Shown: piece by piece, positions 37,040-50,267 of the stretch
How the letters are laid out: each line of letters begins with the position of its first letter
How positions within the stretch are numbered: position 1 is the first letter of the stretch
Source of the DNA: Carcharhinus amblyrhynchos
Taxonomy: Eukaryota
DNA: 64,000 nucleotides
Direction of reading: 5' to 3'
Assembly: GCA_965287045.1 (NCBI GenBank)
Contig: OZ336873.1
Location: forward strand, 36,208,001-36,272,000
Made by a program: the position numbers and the translations under genes
Notes under the pieces: generated by a model
Told to the model about the DNA's origin: nothing
Databases searched by the model: none
The model's input: only the letters and a program-made list of their open reading frames with translations

Positions 37040-38190
37040 GAATCATAAGAACTAGGAACAGGAGTGGGCAATTCAGCCCCTCGAGCCTGCTCTGCCATTT
37101 AATACAATCATGGCTGATCTCATCTCAGCTTTAACTCCACTTACCTGCCTATTCATTGTAACCCTCCAAATCCTTACTAATTAAAAATCTGCCCACCATT
37201 TCCTTAAATTTAGTCCTGGAATGCAGCGCACTCAGAAGTAATGAATTTCACAGACTCATGTAGCCTTGAAAAAAATAATTTCTCCTCATCTCTGTTCCAA
37301 ATCTGCTATCCAATACCCTAAAACGATGACCTCTTGTTCTAGATTGCTCTACAAGAGAAAATGTCCTCTCCACGTTTTACTTTGTCAACACCCCTAATCA
37401 TCTTGTACACCTCACTTAGATTTCCTCTCATTGTTCCAACCTCTCTTCACAAGTCAAACCTCTCATCTCTGGAATCAATCTAGTGACTCTCCTCTGAACT
37501 GCCTCCAATGCAATTACTCCTCAAGCAAGGGGACCAAAACTGTACACAATATTCTAAGTACAGTCTCACTAATGCTTTGTAGAGTAGCAGTAACATTTCA
37601 CTACATTTATATTCTATTCCTTTAGCAATAAATGTAAGATTCCATTTGCCTTCTTTATTACCTGCTGTACCTGCATACTAGCTTTCTGTGATTCATGCAC
37701 AAGAACATCCAGATTCCTCTGCATCAAAGCATTATAAAGTTTCTCTCCATTTAGATAATAATTTGCCTTTGTATTTTTCCTACCAAAATGGATAACCTCC
37801 CACTTATCCACGTTAAATTCCATCTGCCAAGTGTTGCCCCATTTACTTAATCTACCCATATCCATTTGTACATTTCTTATTTCATTATCGCAATTTAATA
37901 TCCGACCGATTTTAGTGTCATCTGCCAATTTGCCTATGGTCCCCACTATCCGTGCATCCAAGTCATTAATATAGATTGTAAGTAGTTGGGGCCTGAGGAC
38001 TGAACACTCTACTATTACATCTTGCCAACCTGACAAAGAACCTGACTCTCTGTTTTCTGTTGGTTAGCCAATCCTCTACCAAGATAATAAATTATCTCTA
38101 CTCCCATGTGAACTAACCTTGTGTATTAACCTTTTCAGTGGCACCTTATCAAGTGCCTTCTGGAAGTCCAGATATACTACTTCTACTGTA
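37040..38190 (-). mobile_element. CR1 LINE fragment (RT C-terminal half plus 3' UTR)
   Basis: ORF SVLRPQLLTIYINDLD..GKLADDTKIG..WQMEFNVDKWEVIHFGRKN. Confidence 0.9.
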
Positions 38191-38546
38191 AGCATTAAAA
38201 GAACTAGCAAGCCCACTTCACTCAGAACCCATGTATAACCATTCTGTTAGGAATTTCTCCCACTATAATTTATTAATATCACTCATATTTCTGCAAGTCT
38301 TTAAATACATATTGCATTAGATTTATCAAAGGAAGTATAAATGGGCTAAAGCTAATACTGAGCTAAAGTGGACTGAAATCTGAAAAAGGAGTAATGTTTT
38401 ACTGTTCATAGAGGAACAGTATATACTCTATGAGTACATATGTATCCTTGACATGTTCAATACATATTCTTTTTGAAGTACTGGTTTACATTTTGAAGTA
38501 CTGGTCTAAATCATAAAGAGATTTTTGTACAGTTGTTGTATATTTA

Positions 38547-39025
38547 AAGAACAAAGAACAGTACAGTGCAGGAACAGGCCCCTTTGGCCCACCAAATCTG
38601 TGCCGACACAGATGCCTCTCTAATCTAATATTTTCCTACTTTTACATGGCCCAAATCCCTCTATTCCCTGCCTATTTATGTACCTATCCAGATGCCTCTT
38701 GAACATTGTTATAGAATCTGCTTCCACCACCTCCTCCAGCAAAGCATTTCAGGCATTCACCACCCTGTGTGTGAAAAACTTGCCCCTTACATCTCTTTTA
38801 AACTTCCCCCCTCTCACTCTCAACCTATGCCCCGAGTAATTGATCCTTCAACACTGGGAAAAAGACTCTAACTATCCACTCTGTCCAAGCCTGTTATAAT
38901 TTTGTAAATCTCTATCAGGTCCCCCCTCATCCTCTGACGCTCCAATGAAATCAATCTAAGTTTGTCCAACCTTCCTTCATAGTCCATATCCTCCAAACCA
39001 GGCAATATCCTGGTATATCTCTTTT
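38547..39025 (-). mobile_element. CR1/HER1 3' fragment, (AAAGAAC)n tail subfamily
   Basis: AAAGAACAAAGAACAGTACAGTGCAGGAACAGGCCC.. and CR1 C-terminal motifs. Confidence 0.85.
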
Positions 39026-39029
39026 TTCA

Positions 39030-39308
39030 AGGCAGCACCTTCCAAACCCACAATCTCTACCAACTAGAAGGACAAGAGCAGCAGTTACATGGGAATACCA
39101 GCACTTGGAAGTTCCCCTCCAAGCCACTCACAGCCTTGACATGGAGACTTATCACTTTCCTTCACTGTCGCTGGGTCAAAATCCTGGAGCTCTGTACCTA
39201 ACAGCAATTCAAGAAAGCAGCTCAGCACCACCTTCTCAAGGGCAATTAGGGATGGGTAATAAATGCTGGCCTAGCCAGCGATACCCACAGCACAAGAATG
39301 AATAGAAT
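39030..39308 (+). mobile_element. LINE 3' end (CR1/L2 group)
   Basis: GCACCTTCCAAACCC..TTCAAGAAAGCAGCTCAGCACCACCTTCTCAAGGGCAATTAGGGATGGGTAATAAATGCTGGCC..GAATGAAT. Confidence 0.7.
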
Positions 39309-39354
39309 AAAAAACTTAAAGCCGATAACATTGAGGTAAATTGTTGCAGACGTA

Positions 39355-40123
39355 TAGGGGATTTTTAGTTGGTGTTCACTGCTGGTGAAAATGGTGACTC
39401 TGGCAGTAAATCCTGCAAAACCATGGGAACGCAGATCTTGCTGGCGAGATCTCGTTTTCAAATTTACCACACCCCTTGCCATTGGCACAGCGAGGTTCCC
39501 GTCCATTAAATAAACTTAAATGTATTTAAAAGGCTTTCCCGCCATATATTCCCACCCAGATGGGGAATTCCCCCCTCAACAATGTGGCATTATATTGGTG
39601 AAGTTTACAACTGCTTCTGCAAAACCTGAAGCTGTTAAGGGGAACCCATAGGGGTGGAAGAGGGCAGAAAGATAAGTATAGTCCCCAGGGGGGAAGGCTA
39701 AGCCTGGGAAGTGTCCTGGCACAACCCTTGGCATTATTGCCCTGTTACTGCCAGGGGACTGCACCAGGGGTGGGGTCTCAGTATTGTGGGGTGAGGTTCG
39801 CCTTAATTGTGTGTTGGGGCTGTGTCCTAATGCTTGTGTGGGATTGGGGGGGTTGCCCCAGTGCTTGTGTGGGGGGTCCCCCATATCTACGTGTGGGGGG
39901 AGTTTCGCTGAAATGTTGATCGAGGCCCCCTCTAAAGATGGTGCCATGATCTCTGTGAAGTCAGCATTGCCAGCTGTATTAGGGGCCGCCTGCCAGAGTG
40001 ATGGCAAAACTCTCAGAGTGCCAGAGAATCGAGAGAGAAAACTTGCCTGTGCAGCTGGAGAGATACGAGCTGGATTTCTCACTGAAACTGACATCTTGAC
40101 AAATTATGGGAAGATTCCACCCA
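39355..40123. mobile_element. Non-autonomous TIR element
   Basis: Ends GGGAAGATTCCACCC; GC-rich core shared with other MITE-like copies. Confidence 0.5.
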
Positions 40124-40599
40124 TCATTTGCTTGCCATTTTTATCATTTAGTTGCTCCCATGCTACTTCATGCCTATCATATGCATTAATGATAGGCTGA
40201 GATCACTGCTGCTACATGCCAGGAGACCTAATTGCCTTGGTGCCAAGTTAAAGCTGGCATTGGGAAAGAAAAGTCTGTATTTGCTAGAACCTTGTGGGCA
40301 GCTTCCTTTCCAGTTAATATGAATGTCATTGATTCATTGCCGAATGCAACATATATCCCAATATGCTAATTGTTCAACCCGTAAATAAAGATGAAAGACA
40401 ACATTACACATTATTCTGTGAAAGCGAAATGATTTTCACATTCCAAAGTGATAAAATGTCTTCACCTGTGCAGCTATATTTGGTCAAAATTTCTTGCCTT
40501 TTTCAGGCCTACCACTTAGAATCATTAAATCCCTACAGTGCAGAAGGAAGGCCCAATCCCCGTAGCCCCACATATTGACCCTGTTAGTCCCTGATACTA

Positions 40600-42060
40600 A
40601 GGGTCCGATTTTACCATCAAGTTGTTCCTGCTTTCGGGCGCAAAACTTGGTAAAGCCGGGTTGTGAAGTGGGTAGCGCAATCGGCTGATGCCCAACTTTA
40701 CCAGCACTTCCCCCTTTTCCCCCTTCACTGTCCAGATGTGACATGAAACAGGAATGGTACGCAAAGATCCGATTCAGGCTCTCAAGCCCCTGAGAGAAGT
40801 TCAGAACTTCTGGTGCCTCCTCCTCCTGTGGACATGTATCAGTGCAGTGACAGGCAGTTTGTGAACCGGAGGCTGCTCCTAATCTACATCCCACTGAGAG
40901 GTGTGTGTCTGCACTGGTAGCAAATGTGGCTAAATGCATTGATGGGTCTTCAGGCTGCTTAATTCCAGCTCCTCAATGTTGAGGTGACCTCTTGGCTGAA
41001 GATGAGGACATGGATGGAGTTGAGGGATTGGCTGGCTGAAGGCATTGGTCGTTTGACAGAGCTCCCTGGGAACCAAGTTGGAGGTAATAAGTGCATGGCA
41101 GCAGAGTCAAAAATAGGAGCGAACACTTTCAGTTATGTTGAGAGGGAGAGGTGAGCTGGTGCAGGAAACCCACGTAGGCATTCGCCACTAACATCACTAT
41201 CAGTGAAGGTGGGTCCACAAGCACATCCACATTCTCACTGGCCAGCTTGATGGCATGCCCTCAAAGTGAGTGAGGGGCCCACTGTCAGCCACTCCAGCCC
41301 CGCCTGGGACCTCTCCCTTCTGTTGTGAGCCAACTTTCCCTGGGTACAAACAGAGTGTGAGCAGGACACATGCCAGAGCAGATGATAAGGATACGTGGAA
41401 TGTTTCTGTGGTGAGTGGAGCCATGGATGGGATGAGGATCTGAACTCCAGAGGATATGAGATTGATGGAGATATGTGAATGGGTGTGAGAGTTAATGATG
41501 TTATAGTGATGCTATCCCTTGTGGTGTGAGATCTCTGCGGGTGGGTGATGGGTTTGGGAATGTGTGTTGAGAGTGTTGAGGTGGTTGAGCTACCTTGCTG
41601 GAATAAATGAGATCATTCATCGTCTTCCTGCACTGAATGGCTGATCTCCACTGCGCTCTGTTGATGCTGACCACCATCATCGCCACTGGACTTTTGACTC
41701 TGGTGGATCGCACTAGTGGATCGGCCGGAGCAGGGATAGAGGACATTACCGTGGGCCTCAATGGTGTCCCGAAGGCTCTCCAGTGAGGTGTCAGTAAATT
41801 TGGGGTCTGCTGTCTTCCAGGCTTTCGGGGCCATTAGTCACCTGGATCAGTCCTGGTTTGTGGATGCGCTTTAAATACGGCACCCAGAGCAGGGAAGTGC
41901 AGAGATCATGGTGGACAAATCCAAGGCTGCCCGTCAGCAATTTGATAGGTTCCCATGCATGCATTATTAATGAGGCAGGGCACTTGGGGAAGCAGACGAT
42001 ACTGCAGAAACTTGCAGCCAGCAGGAAAAGTGTTGTTTTTCATGCCCACTGCTGCATTTA
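40600..42060 (-). mobile_element. Decayed Harbinger-type element with Myb/SANT-like DNA-binding domain relic (41590-41834)
   Basis: Frameshifted MAPKAWKTADPKFTDTSLESLRDTIEAHGNVLYP...VA..V.....WRSAIQCRKTMNDL, the pattern of Myb_DNA-bind_5 (second protein of PIF/Harbinger). Confidence 0.75.
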
Positions 42061-43557
42061 GTCAAACATTTTAGAGTTTGCACAATAAACTATCATGCTT
42101 AGGATGATCATCTTATATTGAAATTGAAGCTGAAACTAGCATACTCTCAAATTGCACACTATATATTGTCCCCTTTCATCTCAGGGACCTGGATTTGAAC
42201 TCAGCTTAAACATGAAGGATTCAAACATGCCTTGTCTGTTTACTGTAAGAGATCCAATTGAAATTAGCTTCAGGAATTTCATTTAGTTCCTAGTGAATGT
42301 ATATCCATTGTACAAAACTGCTTCTAACTCTGCACTATTTGGCAGCCTCATTGCGAAAGGTCACAAACTGGTGTGTAGAAGGGAACATTTACTGTAGGAG
42401 CAATAGGAAGACATTCTTCCAAGGGCAGAATAAAAGAAGCTTTGCTCTGGATCTAAACATACTACATTTGACTAGGCATGCTTCTTAAAGGAAAAATGTC
42501 CTATTTCTCAGCACTATTCATACCATTTTCATCTTCTCAATCAGAATTCACTTCACCCCGGTGGGACAAAGACACTTGCAATATTTTAATTTGATGTTTC
42601 CAAATTGCCTCTTCAATGACAGACATGTTATGGTCACATCTCAATGAGGAAGTTTCTCCAAGCAATGAGTAGCTGCTATGATCATACGTTTTTTTCTAAA
42701 AGCTGAGATGCTTGTTCTGACGTTAAAATGACAGCCTGCAAAGCTGAGCTGAGTGAGCTTAAAGTGCAAATTAATGTCTTTAATTGTATTTTAGTGGGTA
42801 AAAAATGTTATTTGTTCAAAATTCTTTTTACAGGCAGGAATGAAAGAAAACTGAAACTCCTGTTCCTTTCCCTTACTGTCCATAATCAGTATGTTAAAAG
42901 GAAGGTATGTGTGTTTCTCAACCCCTGTTGCGTGGCCAATTTGAATAAACAATAGCAAGTTAAAATATAGAGGATAATTTATCACACTTTGACCCTGAAA
43001 ATCTAAAGCTACATCACTCACTACACACATATATGCTCTCTCTCGGAAAATACAGTTAAAGTGCATAGTGCACTTTAACATTTACACATTACAAATAAAG
43101 GAATCATTTGTAAGTCGCATGATTGGCTTGTCACAGTGCATGCCTTGTGAGGAAGGGACTTTTTTTCTGTCTTGAAGTGTTGCTGGGTGAAGATTTGAAA
43201 TCATATGCCAAAATTGTTACAGGATTCCCTCAAAGATGTAGATTTCCAGCAGGTAACAAAGTTCTTGCTTGCAGTCTTATTATTAAGGGGTCAGTTTTCT
43301 GTACTAGTGAACTTGAAAAAGAATAGGCACGCAGACCTTATGATGTTATGGTCGCCAGTCTTAAGGCATATATGTTGCTGATTTTTGCTGTGTTGCCTGT
43401 CTTCTCTCTGGACCTGGAGTAATAAGATTCATAATCTGTAGTCTCTGGTCAGGTTACTGTCTGATCAACACATTTATTTTCTGTCCGTAATGATTTCAAT
43501 TTCAAACCACTGCTGTACAACGGGGGAAATGGATGGTGTCCATTCACACCTACTTAC

Positions 43558-43830
43558 CATTTCACTGGTTTCTCTGCACCTTTCTTTGTTAAGTTTTGAT
43601 TCGGAGATAGGATTGAGGAGTGCATAAATTTTGAGTTTCGGACAAGTCCACAAACAATAAGAGGTATGAGTTCTACAAGTGGCTTTCATCTTGATATGTC
43701 CATTCAAGGGAGGCACTCGACCCATGTTCATTCAGTTAAGAACTTTCGAAGACTTCAGATACCTCTGAGTCTGCAGAGGTTGCAAAGGTCACCTGACCTT
43801 CGGCAGCCATCTTAGCAGCCATTTAATGTC
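43558..43830 (-). other. Candidate minus-strand exon ending ATG|GTAAGTA
   Basis: Consensus donor at 43557; two YY1-like AAGATGGCTGC/AAATGGCTGC motifs at 43803-43825 in sense orientation; an open frame 43731-43558 ends in phase 0. Confidence 0.35.
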
Positions 43831-45180
43831 CTTTTCTTTAAAGAAAGAAAGCCAGTTCTGGAAAATGTTATACCGAATTCAGTCCATGTTTTAAGTTATG
43901 AATATGACATGCCTTTACTGGGCATGACAGTTTCCATATTAGGTTGAATTTGTTTTGCATTTTACGGTATAGTGTATTGTACCATGAAAAAATCATATCA
44001 ATCATACCTAGCCTGGGTGGAGGAAAAAGCCAAGCTGGAGAATACATTTCAAAAATACAAGTAGATTGGCAGTGTCTTGACAACACATGATCAAATAAAA
44101 CTAGCCCTATGAGTATGAGTTACTCCTGATGTTTCACTGTCATCTTAAAAGCTTTAGCAGTCAGTTGGAGACAGTATATAAATGAGCTTTTCATTTTTTT
44201 TACCTTATTGTCAGACTGTTGAAGTCTCTTTTGAGGGAGTAGGATAACGGTACTGCTTGCATGTGGGTCTTATTATGAATACCAAAACAGGTTTATTATC
44301 TGTAATTAATGATCATATCTCAGCAGGTTAAATTAATTACTTATACTGATTGTGGTCGTGCGCCCCTCAGACATAACAGAAATCTGTGCGGATTTTTCCA
44401 ATCACTTCTCCGCAATTGCTTAGGTGTTCTGGTGACTTCTGAGTGTGACACATGAAAGACAAAGCACAAATCAACAAATCTGCCAGCCAGCTATTGTTGC
44501 TTTGAAGAAACAGTTTCAATCAGTTTGTTTCTTCTTTATGTCAAGTTGCCAGATGGCTTCGGTCTTTCAGAGGTTCTGTACCACGGGGCTTACAGAAAAC
44601 TGTAGAAGCTTCAAAGCTCTTTTTTAATCTCGAGGAACATCACAGAGCTGAGAAAGTGACTGGCTCCCTGAAGTTCCCCCCCCCCCCAGCCACCCGCACA
44701 AAAGAGGCTCAGCACACCCATAATGAAAGCCAGATAAAGAAAGCCAGATAAAGGGATTGCGGGAAAAGAGAGACAAAAAAACAGAAGCAAAGGAGCAGTA
44801 GTTAGTCTTTTGGTATCTTTTTCAAAAGACATTCTTAAAGAAATTACGCCTTTGGGCTTTTTGGAAAATAGATAGGTGAGAACAGGAGGAGGTGCAGAGG
44901 GGACTTGTGCGACCTGCAAAACTCACACCCCTACCCCCGTTGCCCCCCTCCCACCTTCAACAAGGTGACACAGAAACTGAAATCAGTGCACTTCTTCAAA
45001 ATTCACCTGCTTTCCTCATACCAGTGCGTCTCGATGAACCACGGGAAATCTTAGCTCACAGTTTTCTTGCTAACTTTCAGAATTGCACAAAGTTTGGCAA
45101 GAGAAAATTGAATTGACTTTGGCCCTCTTCCATTCAACAAAGAGCGTTGCTTCTAAGGAAAAGAAGATCAAAAGGAATGA

Positions 45181-45238
45181 ATGATTTCTTTCTTCTCCTC
45201 TGCTGTAGTTATGATATGGATCATCCGAGCAGTAAGTG
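45181..45238 (+). CDS. Candidate first coding exon encoding a signal peptide (MISFFSSAVVMIWIIRAVS|G) of an unidentified secreted or cell-surface protein
   Basis: 19 codons plus 1 nt, then GTG|GTAAGC (phase 1). Hydrophobic core with V-S-G at -3/-1. Lies in a 3.7-kb TE-free island with scattered CpGs. A competing donor GCA|GTAAGT at 45232 and an ATG at 45177 give alternative readings. Confidence 0.5.
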
Positions 45239-46171
45239 GTAAGCAAGACACCTTTGATTCTGTTCGGACGCCCTGATGCTGGGCCTTCTATTGCAGCCAG
45301 GCTCAGCCTGTTCCCACACTAGGCAAGCAGAGTCTCTTAATTAAATTCATATTTGTTTTAATCTCCCCTTTCTTCTGATCTGACGTCCAAAGATCATAAC
45401 AAGAAAGTAATCTCTCTTGCTGTGAGGAGTGCCAGTGTTAGGTCTTAACATGACTGTACTGTACGAACCTGATAATTCTCCAGACAAGCGCAGATTGGTC
45501 TGTGTGTGTTGCACAGCTCCTGAGAGGATAAGGCAGTGCAAATGAAATGTAGTCAAGTGTTATAGTTGAGCAGCCCTTGCCTTGAAAATCAAGGAATAAG
45601 TTCAAATAGCATTACCTCAATTTGGAATTCAAATGAAGACTCAATCACCTTTGATAATATTTCATTTACTTTCATTGCTAATGATGATCTTTGACTAAGT
45701 CAGGGAAACAAAAGCCGACTAGGTAAATTTTGGAATGAAACAAACAAATAGCGAGGTAGCTCACTATCATTCCGTGTAAAGTATATAAAACAACTCTGGT
45801 ACCCTGTCAAGCTGTAAGAACCATTACTCTTGATGCCCCTAATGATATTCTTTACAGTTCTAAATAGATTTTATTGCTTGAAAGACAATTGTAACTCTCA
45901 GGCAGTTTTCAATTGATGCTTCCAATTACAATAGTAAGGTGTTATTAGTGGTATTCAAAAACAAATTTCACCAAGAAACCAGCAACTGGTGACTACTGTA
46001 CAACAAGGAAGTGTAATGATTGTACTACACAGCAAGCTGAAGGTTTTGTAAAGGATTAGCTGTACTAAATACCAAGTTAATGTGTTAGGGTTTGAGTTAT
46101 TCTTTCTAAGTTTCATTAGATGGCCATTGCTGCAGTTGTTTGGTATCACAGGAAGTATGCCTAACCAATCG

Positions 46172-46463
46172 TAAAGTAAAGTTAAAGTTTATTTATTAGT
46201 CATGAGGAAGGCTTACATTAACACTGCAATGAAATTACTGTGAAATTCCCTGAGTCACCACACTCTGGCACCTCTTTGGGTCAATGCACCTAACCAGCAC
46301 GTCTTTCAGACTGTGGGAGGAAACTGAAGCACCTGGAGGAAACCCACACAGGCATGGGGAGAACGTGCAAACTCCACACAGACAGTGACCCAAGCTGGGA
46401 ATCAAACCCAGGTCCCTGGCACTGGGAGGCAGCAATGCTAACCACTGTGCCACCGTACTGCCC
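46172..46463 (-). mobile_element. HE1-type SINE, tail B
   Basis: Head, V-domain and tail with (AAAGT)n end. Confidence 0.92.
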
Positions 46464-46769
46464 ACAGATTAACTGGGAGGTATACACCTCTCAGAGGCAG
46501 TTAGCTAATTTCCTCGAGCTTTAACTCTCAATGTCTGGCTGACTTTAAGGGAAAAGGAAATTGGGTGCTCTGTGAAACAGTTTGTCACTTTGCTATCAGC
46601 AAGTTTTGCCCTACTGGCGTTGACCAATTTCACACCTGTACATACAAATCTTTACAGTGGGAAGCCTGGTTGATACAGCTACAATAATATTATAGGTTTC
46701 TATATTTTAAAATAGGGACACAGAGTAAAAGTGCAATTTTAAAGCTAAATAATCATTAATTATGCTGCA

Positions 46770-47315
46770 ACATATTTTCAGTTTTGACTGCCCTTCTTTA
46801 AGAAGGGTGTCAAAGCCATGGCATGAATTCAGAGGAGATTTGGTAAACAGCACACCGTGGATAAGAGGTTTTAGTTAAGAGGAGAGATGAGAGAAGCTGG
46901 ATTCATCCACTACATCAGAGAAGGTTAAGAGGAAATCTGACCCAGGTGTTCAACATTATGAAGAGTTTAAGGTAAATTGGAGCAAAACCTTTTTCCATTG
47001 GTTGCTGAGTTTGTAACTACACAGCTGTAATTTAAGATCACGACCAAAAGAGATGTGAGGAAATTTTTGTTAATATATAAAACATTACTGGGAAATTCAA
47101 TACTCGACCAGAAATAATAGTGAAAACCCCAAATCTCTACAATCTCCAAAACTCCAAATCTCTAAAAGCTTTTAGAGAGGAGATGGATAAATATTTATGA
47201 TGAAAAGCATTGAAAGGCATAGGGAAATGGCTGGTGAATGGAATTATAAGGGATGGTTCATTAAGAGCTGGAACCATGGGTTTGCATGTGTGCTTTAAAA
47301 TTCTATCACTTTATG
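46770..47315 (+). mobile_element. Old CR1 3' fragment
   Basis: CAGAGGAGATTT..AGAAGGTTAAGAGGAAATCTGAC..GGTGTTCAACATTATGAAG. Confidence 0.6.
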
Positions 47316-47324
47316 ACTCTTAAT

Positions 47325-47622
47325 AATGGTACAGTGGTTAGCACTGTTACCTCACAGTGCCAGGGACCTGGGTTTGATTCCTGGCTTCACACATTCTGTG
47401 TGAAGCCTGCATGTTCTCCCTGTGTCTGTGTGTGTTTCCTCTAGGTGCTCCAGTTTCCTCTCACAGTCCAAAAAACATGCTGGTTAGGTGCATTGGTCAC
47501 ACTAAATTTGCCCTCAGTGTATCCGTGCTGGTACTGGAATGTGATGACTAGAGGATTTTCACAGTAACTTCATTGCAGTATTAATGTAAGCCAACTTGTG
47601 ATGCCCGTAAATAAACTTTAAA
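47325..47622 (+). mobile_element. HE1-type SINE, tail B
   Basis: Head, V-domain and tail present. Confidence 0.9.
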
Positions 47623-48411
47623 ACAACCCTCGCTACACAGAGACATTTAATCTGCATATAAGCAAATAGTTCTAACCATTGCCTGTTCTGTCCCAATTGC
47701 TTTAGACCCTTTTATTTAATCACTTATCCAGTCCAATGTTGACATGTTTCCTATCACATTCATTCAGACTGTTGGTGAATTTTATGGTCTAACAGCCCTC
47801 TGTGTGAAGAGCTTTCTCCCACTGTCTTACTGTGTCTCCCATTGGTGCAGGCATTGAGTAAGAAAACCAACTCCCTCGCCATCACTGGGGATGGGGAGGG
47901 GGATGGGGTTGCAGCAATAACAGAGCTCAGAAAAAGCAGTCACACCTTAAAAGCTTACCCTCTACCAGTGCAGATCTTGATGGAGTTTAGACAGAGTGAC
48001 ACTAGGCAATGAGCATGGCACAACTGTGTAGAAGGAGATGCCAGAGACAGAGGCGGCTTTGGGCAGTCACTCTGGTTGGAGGGATGACAGACACAGGGCA
48101 CCGTGCAGGGCCTAAGGAGTCACAGGAAAGGAGGTTCAATATTCCCCAGCTGCAGCAGACATCCTCGTACATACTGGAGTTCCCCGAGGCAGTGCAGGGT
48201 GATGGGCTGAGAATGGAGAAGCCCACCCAACTTACTTGCACCACTGTGGCTCAGGGTTTTGCGTGCACATTGCGAGACTGGCCAACCCACACAGAAAGTC
48301 TTACATGGCAGTACTTGGAGATCATGCAGCAAAGCTTCACAAGATGTATGCCACACTACCTAGCATGGACAAGTCTGTGGTGCTAATGACGCAGGAAAAT
48401 CTGGAGGGGAT

Positions 48412-49790
48412 ACATATGAAATAGAAGCAGAAGCAGGCCATTCAGCCCCTCGAGCTTGCTCCGCCATTTGATAGGATCATGGCTGCCCTGTTTGTGTTTC
48501 AAATTCTACATTCCCATCTAACCCCTTTGATTCTATTGCCGAACGAGAATCTATCTACCTCCACCTTAAAAGTATTCAATGACCCTGCCTCCACTGCCTT
48601 CTGAGACAGAGAGGTCCAAAACCGCACAACCCTCAAGAGAAAAAATGTTTCTAAAAATATCCTAAAAGGGCAACCACTAATTTTAAAACAGTGCCCCCTA
48701 GTTCCTAACTCATCCACAAGATGAAACATTCTTCCCATATTCATCTTGTCAAGACCATTCAGGATCTTACATATTTCAATCAGGTCACCCCTCACTTTTC
48801 AAAACTCCAGTGGAAACAAGTCCAGTCTGTCCAATCTTTCCTCATAAACCAACCTGCTCGTTCCAGGTATCAGTCTAGTAAACTTCCTCTGAACTGCCTC
48901 CAATGTACTTATTTCATTCCTTAAATTAGGAGACCAAATCTGCATACAATTTTCAAGATATGATCTCATTAGTGCCCTGCGTAACTGAAGCATAACATCC
49001 TAATTTTATGTTTAATTCCCCTTGTAATTAAGGATAACATTCCGTTAAACCTCTTTATTATTTGCTTTACCTGCATACTAACATTCTGTGACTCATACAT
49101 TAGAACAGGCCTTCCGCCAGTGGGATCTTCCTGTCCCACCAATGGTGACACCCCATGCTGTGTTCCCTGGTGGCAGAGATTGTGGGGCATGCAAAGCCCA
49201 TTGACATCAGAGGACTGGAAGATCTCACCACAGGCATCCACAACTAGAAACTATGCTGTGGGGGTGCTGGAAAATCCTGCTTTTAGATCACTCTGCACCT
49301 CAGAATTCAGTGGTCATTCTCCATTTGAGTAATATCCTGCTTTTTTATTCTCCCTGCCAAAGTAAATAGCTTCACCTTTTCTCACATCATTTTCCACCTG
49401 GCAGATTTTTGTCCACTCACTCAACCTATCTATGCTACCTACAACCTCCTTATGCCCTCTTTACAACATAGTTTCCTACCTAACTTTGTGCCATCTGCAA
49501 GTTTAGTTACCGTGCCTTTGCTCCCCTCATCCAAGTCATTGATACAAATTGTAAAATGGTGTGGTCCCAGCACCGTTCCTGTGGGACTCTATTCATCACA
49601 TCCTGTCAATCAGATAAAGACCCATTTATGCATGCTTTCTGTTTTCTGCTAGCCAACCAATCTTCTACCAATGCTAACATGTCACCCCTGCACCATGAGC
49701 TTTTATTTTCTGCAATAACCTTTACTGTGACATCTTATCAAATGCCTTCTGGAACTCTGAGTACAGTACGTCTACAGGCTCCCCTTTATG
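48412..49790 (-). mobile_element. CR1 LINE fragment with a MITE nested at about 49108-49283
   Basis: ORFs MRGDLIEICKILNGLDK.., LEAVQRKFTRLIPG..YEERLDRLDLFPLEF; 3' UTR at the left end. Confidence 0.88.
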
Positions 49791-50267
49791 AGCAGGGAAC
49801 CTCTACTTCCTCCAAAGCCACAGGGAGAACGTTGTATCGAACTGGTCAAACACAAAGACCAATGCACCAGACACAGCACTGATTGGGTCATTGGCATGTC
49901 TTCTATTTGTAACGGTGCACTGTTTTCCTTTATAAGTACTATGTGAATATTAACACTTGAAGCAGTCATGTGAGCCACCTTTTATTAATGGTGGGACAAG
50001 AAAAGAGGTGTGAAGTGTTAACGAAGAGCAAGATTATGTCAACAGTGATGGTGAAAGCTCTGGACAAAAATTAATCTTTCACTGACAGTAACAGTTTGGG
50101 CTGCATCTTCTATGGAAGTGTTAGCACAGGCAGCTGAAAGGGAGTTCCAAATTATACATTCATCCTGAGTTAGAGCGACTCAATTGAAAATGTCTGGATC
50201 AGATGATCCTCAACATTGACTCCCGGCAAGATCCTCAAGACGTTTATTTGGTCTAGCCATATCCTTG

